A DNA stretch of 64,000 nt from a virus: positions 32,001 through 96,000 of the IMG/VR virus record IMGVR_UViG_3300042544_003795. One strand, given 5' to 3'. Below, piece after piece: positions 57,937 to 64,000 of this stretch. Numbering within the stretch: the stretch's first letter is position 1; each line of letters starts with the position of its first letter. Both the position numbers and the translations under genes were made by a program. The notes below the pieces were generated by a model that saw nothing but the letters and a program-made list of their open reading frames with translations, was not told the origin of the DNA and did no database searches.

Positions 57937-58273
57937 AACTATCTTCGAGTCTGATTACATCGTCCAAATGATTTGTAGAACATTCGATATATAAAGAATT
58001 TTCTATACCTTCGCATCTATGAATCATAAAAGGAGGTAGAACAAAGAAAGCTCCGGGCTTTAAAACTATATCTTTCAAAGATTCTTGAGTCTCTCCATAC
58101 GAAAATTTAAGCAAACCATTTACCACAAAAAAAGTTTCATGTTTATGTTCATGATACTGTAAGCTACAACTATGCCCGGCCTTCATAAAAAGCTCTTTGA
58201 CAACATAATTATCATTTACTTCTAGCCATCTTTCATAACCCCAAGGTTTTTGAATGTAAGAAATCTCAGTCAT
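57923..58273 (-). CDS. Cupin (mannose-6-phosphate isomerase-like)
   Basis: KPWG.E, SLQYH..K.ET, IHR, DVIRLED.YGR. Confidence 0.85.
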   Translation of the reverse strand: MTEISYIQKPWGYERWLEVNDNYVVKELFMKAGHSCSLQYHEHKHETFFVVNGLLKFSYGETQESLKDIVLKPGAFFVLPPFMIHRCEGIENSLYIECSTNHLDDVIRLEDSYGRV

Positions 58274-58274
58274 A

Positions 58275-58631
58275 CTATATGTACACTTCAGATATTCCCT
58301 CGTTTCGTTTCAAACTTAACGAAATTGCAGTTTCATCATCGCTATCTGGTTTTTTATCATTTATTAAAATTCTTGTACCTCCTCCTATACCCATAATCAA
58401 CTGGTCATAATAAATCCCCTTTTCTGTCAACTGTTCTTCTGTTCTTTTTCGAGTGCTCTCTCTTCTACCTGTCGTCAGAATAATATTATAGCCCTTCCTA
58501 TCCCATTCTGAGAGCTTTTCGAGAGTTCCGGGTAGTAATTGAAGGCTTTCAGTAAACTGTTTCTCTATCGAGCCTAGATGAGAAACTAGCGTTCCATCAA
58601 TATCAAGGAAAATTGTTTTAGGTCTTGTCAT
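58275..58631 (-). CDS. HAD-family phosphatase
   Basis: DIDGTL, TTGR, INDK. Confidence 0.85.
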   Translation of the reverse strand: MTRPKTIFLDIDGTLVSHLGSIEKQFTESLQLLPGTLEKLSEWDRKGYNIILTTGRRESTRKRTEEQLTEKGIYYDQLIMGIGGGTRILINDKKPDSDDETAISLSLKRNEGISEVYI

Positions 58632-58635
58632 ATTA

Positions 58636-59373
58636 TTAGTTTGTATAAATTTTTTTAAGATTCTCGGATCTATATTTTGGCCAATATACACTTACATCTT
58701 TATCGTAAAAAATACCCTCTTGACTCTTAATATTAAAATTTATAGATTTTTTTTGATTTTTATAAAATGTATAAATTAAAGCTTCTGGGATTAAATTTTG
58801 TTTCAAATAATCTTCTTTAACTAAAAAATTATAATATTTCGAAAGTAACTTCATTAAAGAATAATCTCCTTGTATGAATCTGTCTTCAGCTACAGGAGGA
58901 TCATAATCGTAAGATCTAACTAAAATAATTTCATTCAATTGCGGAATTAATAATTTTTTAATATTTAAAAATTTAACTAAGTCTAATCTTGTTAATATAA
59001 TCATATCATATTTTTCAGATTTTTTTACTAAATTTATTGATTTAGAAATATTATCTGCCATAGAAAGAATTCTAGCAGAAATTAAATCGTGAGAATTAGT
59101 TATAGGATAATTATATTTTTTACAAATTTTTTTATATTTTTCTAAGTTATATTTGTGAATAATGAATTTAATTTTACACTCTGGCAAATCAAAATTAATA
59201 TTTGCATTAATAGGTATAGTTTGTAAAGATATTTCATCTATTAAATTAGGAATGCTATAATAGAAGTCAACAGTTTGAATATTATGCTCTTTCATTTTTT
59301 CATAAAAGATATGAACATTTTGTAAATTGTCCAAAGATCTCAATAAACCATAAAAACATACCGCTACTTTCAT
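58636..59373 (-). CDS. Glycan-cluster hypothetical protein
   Basis: KVAVCFYG..R, YD.II..R.D. Confidence 0.65.
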   Translation of the reverse strand: MKVAVCFYGLLRSLDNLQNVHIFYEKMKEHNIQTVDFYYSIPNLIDEISLQTIPINANINFDLPECKIKFIIHKYNLEKYKKICKKYNYPITNSHDLISARILSMADNISKSINLVKKSEKYDMIILTRLDLVKFLNIKKLLIPQLNEIILVRSYDYDPPVAEDRFIQGDYSLMKLLSKYYNFLVKEDYLKQNLIPEALIYTFYKNQKKSINFNIKSQEGIFYDKDVSVYWPKYRSENLKKIYTN

Positions 59374-59388
59374 TTAAATATAATCTGT

Positions 59389-60153
59389 TTATTTGATCTT
59401 TTTTTTAAAAACCGCATTTTGTCTGCCGTCTGCCCTTTTGATATAATAATCAATGTAATATTGTTCTAAATTTGTATGAAAACTTTGACTCGGTAGCTTA
59501 TCAGATATTCCAAGTTCCGTCATTGCTTCTAGAGAAAAACAAAATCCTCCATTCAACAAATGTAAAACTAAAAGGGCGTGAGGGTCTGGATTATAGTTAT
59601 TAAAAATTCCATTAGCTCTAATTTCCGTTTCTAGGTCAGGTATATTATTATACAAGTCTGCATAATGATCCATTAACTCGGAATTAGATATGCAAACCCA
59701 ATCTCCAAACCAGCCATCATCGTGTGTTAAAGTATATGTATTAACATTTATATCGTCTAAATTAAATTTTGAATTTATTATTAAATCTGGTCTAGTAGAT
59801 AAAACTATATCAAACTTTATATTATTCTTTTCTTCAAAAATAGACTTGCTCACATTGGAGCAGTATATTATCTTGTACTGAGAGTGAGTTCTATCTAAAA
59901 AAATATCAAACTCATTAATGCCAACAATAATATCCTCTTTTACTTCTTTAATTAATTGAGCGTCTGTCCTGACATTTTTGTAAGGAGTGTTATCATGGTC
60001 CCAATCTAAAAAAGACCAAGTTTGCAAGAAAAAGTAAAAATCGTAATTATGATTTTTATTTACTAAAAAGTTTTCTAAATTTTTAATACATAAATTTAAA
60101 ACTTCATAATTTCTTATATGTCCTCTTAGCAGTATAGCTACTTTTTTTTTCAT
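59389..60153 (-). CDS. Glycan-cluster hypothetical protein, related to 58636..59373
   Basis: KVAILLRG..R, FD.V...RPD. Confidence 0.65.
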   Translation of the reverse strand: MKKKVAILLRGHIRNYEVLNLCIKNLENFLVNKNHNYDFYFFLQTWSFLDWDHDNTPYKNVRTDAQLIKEVKEDIIVGINEFDIFLDRTHSQYKIIYCSNVSKSIFEEKNNIKFDIVLSTRPDLIINSKFNLDDINVNTYTLTHDDGWFGDWVCISNSELMDHYADLYNNIPDLETEIRANGIFNNYNPDPHALLVLHLLNGGFCFSLEAMTELGISDKLPSQSFHTNLEQYYIDYYIKRADGRQNAVFKKKIK

Positions 60154-60851
60154 TGTTTAATCTCTTTGTTAAACCATTCTTGTTCTAAATTATATACCTC
60201 TTCAGAAGAAAGATACCCGGTTTCGTGAGACGTATTTATAATACCAGTTTTGTACAAGGGAAAACTTCTTTTGACTAAAACCGTGAGACCATATCTTAAA
60301 CACCCTCCACCATAGGGCAAATTAATAATATCAAAAGTACCATCATTTAATTCTGTATATAAATCAATTACGAACTTTCTACAACCAACATGAGAATAAG
60401 TATCATGAAAAACAATAATACCTTCCTCTGTTAAGTATTTATAAACTTTATTAAAATCATTTTTGATCCCATTATAAGAATGGTCTCCATCAATAAAAGC
60501 AAAGTCTATCTTACCCCCAGTATCTTTAAATAGAATATCTTCAAATTCTTGAGATGTAGTATCTATTTTAGTTAATTTAAAATTTTTATCATCATGTCCT
60601 GATTCTATAAGCTTCCTATCTATATTTTCTTTAGTTGTATTGACTTTATTCGGACCTATGTAAGCTCCTATTTCATCCCAAAAATCATATCCATAAAAAA
60701 AACCAGAATTTACCTTAGCAACAGAAGCTAAATGAATAGATGTATTTCCATATTGCACTCCTATTTCTACTATAGTTTTAGAATTTGATAACAGAGCTAA
60801 TTGTTCTATAAATATAGAATAATTGTAATCATTATTAATTGTTTTTAACAT
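60150..60851 (-). CDS. Class I SAM methyltransferase
   Basis: VEIGV..G, FIDGDHSY, FHD. Confidence 0.85.
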   Translation of the reverse strand: MLKTINNDYNYSIFIEQLALLSNSKTIVEIGVQYGNTSIHLASVAKVNSGFFYGYDFWDEIGAYIGPNKVNTTKENIDRKLIESGHDDKNFKLTKIDTTSQEFEDILFKDTGGKIDFAFIDGDHSYNGIKNDFNKVYKYLTEEGIIVFHDTYSHVGCRKFVIDLYTELNDGTFDIINLPYGGGCLRYGLTVLVKRSFPLYKTGIINTSHETGYLSSEEVYNLEQEWFNKEIKQ

Positions 60852-60852
60852 A

Positions 60853-61551
60853 TTATTTTCTTTTAGCTAAAAGTTTTTCTATAGGAGACATCCAACTTGA
60901 ATCATAATTTTCAATAAACTGTGGATAACCTCTACTTAAATAATCGCCAATCAACGAATTATCAACTATACTATACCCTTCGTTTTCAAAAAAAATTCCA
61001 TAAGCTCCCTCCATTGAATAAGCTGCAATTCCGACTTTAGATAAAGAATATTCACTATAAGTTGGTATTATTTTATCAACACCTTTCTCTTTAAAAATTT
61101 TCATTATCTTATTTTTTACAAAGAATATTGGACCTTGAATTGCAAATCCAGAGTATGGAATTTTATAAGGTGTTTCTGATAAAATTGCATCAGTACTTAA
61201 ACTATTATTGTCGCCATTAGAAAAAGGGAAGTAAGCGAAATTTGTAAAATCTTTTTCTTTCAAAAAATCTAAATTATTTTTCACTCTCATTGAGTCATGC
61301 AGGAAATAATAAAAATCTTCATCTGGAAATGCATTGTAAGCTATCCAATATGCTCCTACATGGTAATTTTCATTTTTAACATCTAAAATTTGAATATTTT
61401 TATACAGACTTTGAAGTTCAAAATATGATTTATCTTCACTATTACTATCAATTATTACTATTTTTTCATCCTCATGAAATTTTCTAATATCATCGACTAA
61501 TTGATAAATAAAATTTTTTTCTTTTTGAAATTTGCAAGGTATAACAAACAT
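60853..61551 (-). CDS. Putative glycosyltransferase
   Basis: IIDSNS, FLHDS; context. Confidence 0.55.
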   Translation of the reverse strand: MFVIPCKFQKEKNFIYQLVDDIRKFHEDEKIVIIDSNSEDKSYFELQSLYKNIQILDVKNENYHVGAYWIAYNAFPDEDFYYFLHDSMRVKNNLDFLKEKDFTNFAYFPFSNGDNNSLSTDAILSETPYKIPYSGFAIQGPIFFVKNKIMKIFKEKGVDKIIPTYSEYSLSKVGIAAYSMEGAYGIFFENEGYSIVDNSLIGDYLSRGYPQFIENYDSSWMSPIEKLLAKRK

Positions 61552-62121
61552 TTATTTAAGAATTTTTACTATTTTTTGCTCGTCTCTGTCCGTAAGATAA
61601 TGATCAATAAATTCATATTGTCTATTAAAATCTTTTACCCATTCATAAAAACACTTCTGTTCATGATTCCCATGTTGAGATCCACTTCCATTAAAAACCC
61701 ACTCATCAAAAACAATTATAGTATTCGGAACTATGAAGTCATTGAGTTTATATAAAACAGTTTTTGTAGACGAATATAAATCACAATCAACATGCAGAAT
61801 CCCTATAGGTTTTGCAATTTTAATATAATTACCTATGGTCTCTTCAAACCAACCCTTAAAGAAGGTAATTCCTTCTATTTTAGGAACATCACCTTTTGTA
61901 GAAAAATAACCCTTACGACAAACTCCATGTCCAGCTATACTCCCATCTTCACAAGCCCAATCCTCTGGTAAGCCTTCGAAAGAATCAAAACCAAAAATTT
62001 TAAAGGATTCGTCAAGATTTTTTCTTAATATAGAAATTGTTCTCCCTTTAAAAACTCCAAATTCTAACACATCTTTTAAATTATTATCTATTAATTTTAA
62101 TGCTTTTTCTAAATGAGTCAT
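61552..62121 (-). CDS. TylF/MycF-like O-methyltransferase
   Basis: LEFGV..G, FDSFEGLPE, GWF.ET, HVDCDLY.ST, FDE. Confidence 0.88.
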   Translation of the reverse strand: MTHLEKALKLIDNNLKDVLEFGVFKGRTISILRKNLDESFKIFGFDSFEGLPEDWACEDGSIAGHGVCRKGYFSTKGDVPKIEGITFFKGWFEETIGNYIKIAKPIGILHVDCDLYSSTKTVLYKLNDFIVPNTIIVFDEWVFNGSGSQHGNHEQKCFYEWVKDFNRQYEFIDHYLTDRDEQKIVKILK

Positions 62122-62122
62122 A

Positions 62123-62773
62123 TTATAATTTTTCTAAGATTGATGTTATATGTTTTTTATCTTCGTTCAGGTCAAATATTCTTATACTTTTTAAGTTATC
62201 TTTGATATATTTTATATCTCCTTCATTTATAAAAGGAGTAATAAGCTCTCCATTGACTTCCATTTTCTTTAGAACATTGTAGGCTGTTTCAGGGGAATCC
62301 TCGCAGAGACCTAACGGAGATAGCCAGTCTTTCATAAAAGATGTGTGCAAATCTTCAACAATATAAATTCCTTTATTTTTTAAGAATTTAAAAAGATAGC
62401 CGAGAGTTATCTGTTGATGAGTAGGAACATGTCCTCCATCATCTATAATTAGATCAAAATCACCTCCAACATCCTTGATAAGATTGTTAAGATCATTATC
62501 AATAGCTTGATTACCAAGTCTTGTTACTATCCTCTGCTCAGAGAACAATTGACGAGCTTGAACATCCATACCATATACAGTAGCATTTGGGAAGAAATCT
62601 CTCCACATTCTTAACGAGAATCCATCATCTATCCCTATTTCTAAAACTTTTTTAATATCAAATCTTTTATAATTTAAAAAATCATCATATATCTCACTGA
62701 ATCCATGATGAGGGTATTTTGTAGTACCCTTGTCTGTTCCATAAGAATTAGCTATTTGCGTAAGTAATTTCAT
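62123..62773 (-). CDS. Sugar O-methyltransferase-like
   Basis: GTDK, LEIGI..G.SL.MW, IIDDGGH, IVED. Confidence 0.85.
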   Translation of the reverse strand: MKLLTQIANSYGTDKGTTKYPHHGFSEIYDDFLNYKRFDIKKVLEIGIDDGFSLRMWRDFFPNATVYGMDVQARQLFSEQRIVTRLGNQAIDNDLNNLIKDVGGDFDLIIDDGGHVPTHQQITLGYLFKFLKNKGIYIVEDLHTSFMKDWLSPLGLCEDSPETAYNVLKKMEVNGELITPFINEGDIKYIKDNLKSIRIFDLNEDKKHITSILEKL

Positions 62774-62776
62774 ATT

Positions 62777-63490
62777 TTAATAAGTCAAAGAAATTCCTGT
62801 ATCCTGAACCATCGTCAAATTATTGTCATTCCACTCTTCGAAATCCCATTTAATAGTATTTAAGTCATTAAAAAAACGTCTTACTTCTCTAAGTCTATAA
62901 TCCCAAACATTATCTACTACAATTAATGTTTCTGAATGTGAAATTTTCAAAGCGTGTTGCCAATCTTTCATAGCTCCTTCATAAGAATGATCTCCATCAA
63001 TAAAAATTAAATCAAATCCCCCATCTGGGGCAATACTCTTTAAGATCTCTGAATTTTTATTAAAAAGTTCTTCATTAGAATAATTTACGAAGTTTTTGTA
63101 CACTATTCCGGGATCAGTCATTTTCCATTCATCGTAGTCAGTTTTATATGGGTACCAATAATTAGGCTTAATTCTTTTAGGTAAGTTATTTGTAGTTCCA
63201 TATCCGTCATACCCTCCTTTCTTAATATCAAAAGAATGAATTACACCTTCATCTTCCGATAAGTAAGTATCCATTGCCTCTGACATGGCCTTTGTGCTAT
63301 CAAAATGATATGAACCTATCTCTAAAATATTTTTAGGCTTAATCATTCTAACCAATGTATTCATACAAGCCCTACAATGAGTTGAACAACCATGATATTT
63401 TGTTCCCTGTAAAATTCCGTTCTCTGGACCTCTATCTATATAGAAATCTTTGAAATTATTTTTTATATATTCTATTTTATTCATGCTCAT
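62777..63490 (-). CDS. Class I SAM methyltransferase
   Basis: ILEIGS, FIDGDHSYE. Confidence 0.8.
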   Translation of the reverse strand: MSMNKIEYIKNNFKDFYIDRGPENGILQGTKYHGCSTHCRACMNTLVRMIKPKNILEIGSYHFDSTKAMSEAMDTYLSEDEGVIHSFDIKKGGYDGYGTTNNLPKRIKPNYWYPYKTDYDEWKMTDPGIVYKNFVNYSNEELFNKNSEILKSIAPDGGFDLIFIDGDHSYEGAMKDWQHALKISHSETLIVVDNVWDYRLREVRRFFNDLNTIKWDFEEWNDNNLTMVQDTGISLTY

Positions 63491-64000
63491 TGTTTCTTAT
63501 AATTTTCTAAAAAATAATTAAGATCTTCAGGAGTTCCAAGGCCCCACATATTTTCAGCATGGAATGTCATTACTTTCTTTTTGTCTTCAATTGCTTGATT
63601 AAAAACAGGGCAAACATAAAATTCTTTATTAACACGAATATCTTTTTTAATCATTCGTTCTGCATATTTTACAAAATCTGAACCATTTTTCCAAAAATAA
63701 TAACCTATCGTAGCTTTATCCGAAATTGGATTTTTTTCAGCTACTTCTGTAACTAATCCATTCTCATCGACTTTAGCATAACTCCATTTTGGATGAGTAC
63801 TACTAAATGTAACGATACCCCCATCAGAATTGGTTTCCTGCATCTTATACATAAATTCGCTAGAATTCCAATCTACATATTGATCAGAATTAGCAAAAAA
63901 TAATGGATTATCATTATTGATTAATTCTTTAGCTATTAAAGCTGTACATGCGGCCCCTTCTGTTAAACCATCCACTTCTAATACTCGACAGTTTGGTGTG
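63487..64000 (-). CDS. Sugar nucleotidyltransferase-like protein (5' end outside window)
   Basis: TEGAACT, NSDQ, VAEK.PIS..AT.G.Y, EFYV.P..N, GLGTPEDL. Confidence 0.85.
   Translation of the reverse strand, partial: TPNCRVLEVDGLTEGAACTALIAKELINNDNPLFFANSDQYVDWNSSEFMYKMQETNSDGGIVTFSSTHPKWSYAKVDENGLVTEVAEKNPISDKATIGYYFWKNGSDFVKYAERMIKKDIRVNKEFYVCPVFNQAIEDKKKVMTFHAENMWGLGTPEDLNYFLENYKKQ

Noticed and set aside
1-64000. Stop-codon reassignment
   Set aside because: Recognisable genes are full length in the standard code, all three stops are used, and no suppressor tRNA was seen
1-64000. Specific host assignment
   Set aside because: Only a diderm host with weak Shine-Dalgarno use can be inferred; naming a taxon needs a homology search

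Overview
This window is a segment of a large (jumbo-like) tailed bacteriophage genome, standard genetic code. No structural, replication or integrase genes fall inside it. It has four zones. (1) 1-17 kb is visibly more GC-rich and looks like an early region built from single-gene cassettes. Each small ORF has its own near-identical promoter that appears to produce a leaderless mRNA. The ORFs are separated by about 16 copies of a ~100-bp palindromic element, blocks of 17-bp TGTTACACC direct repeats, and four tandem arrays (73-bp and 49-bp units) sharing a TATTAAG...CTCTTCGAAGTT core. Recognisable cargo: GH24 lysozyme, RuvB-like ATPase, Gp88-like and DUF932 proteins. (2) 17-31 kb holds minus-strand small hypothetical genes, an outer-membrane beta-barrel, a candidate sRNA, TilS, an HNH nuclease and tRNAs. 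(3) 31-45 kb holds two tandem arrays of short low-complexity paralogues, each next to a conserved partner gene: 10 Gly-rich genes behind a DUF6948-like gene, and about 10 tetrad-repeat genes around a DUF6745-like gene. It also has more tRNAs and a tmRNA with an unusually long tag. (4) 45.7-64 kb is an AT-rich cluster of about 20 glycan synthesis and methylation genes. Family names are from motif recognition, not database searches. Several start codons were moved from the ORF track using promoter spacing.
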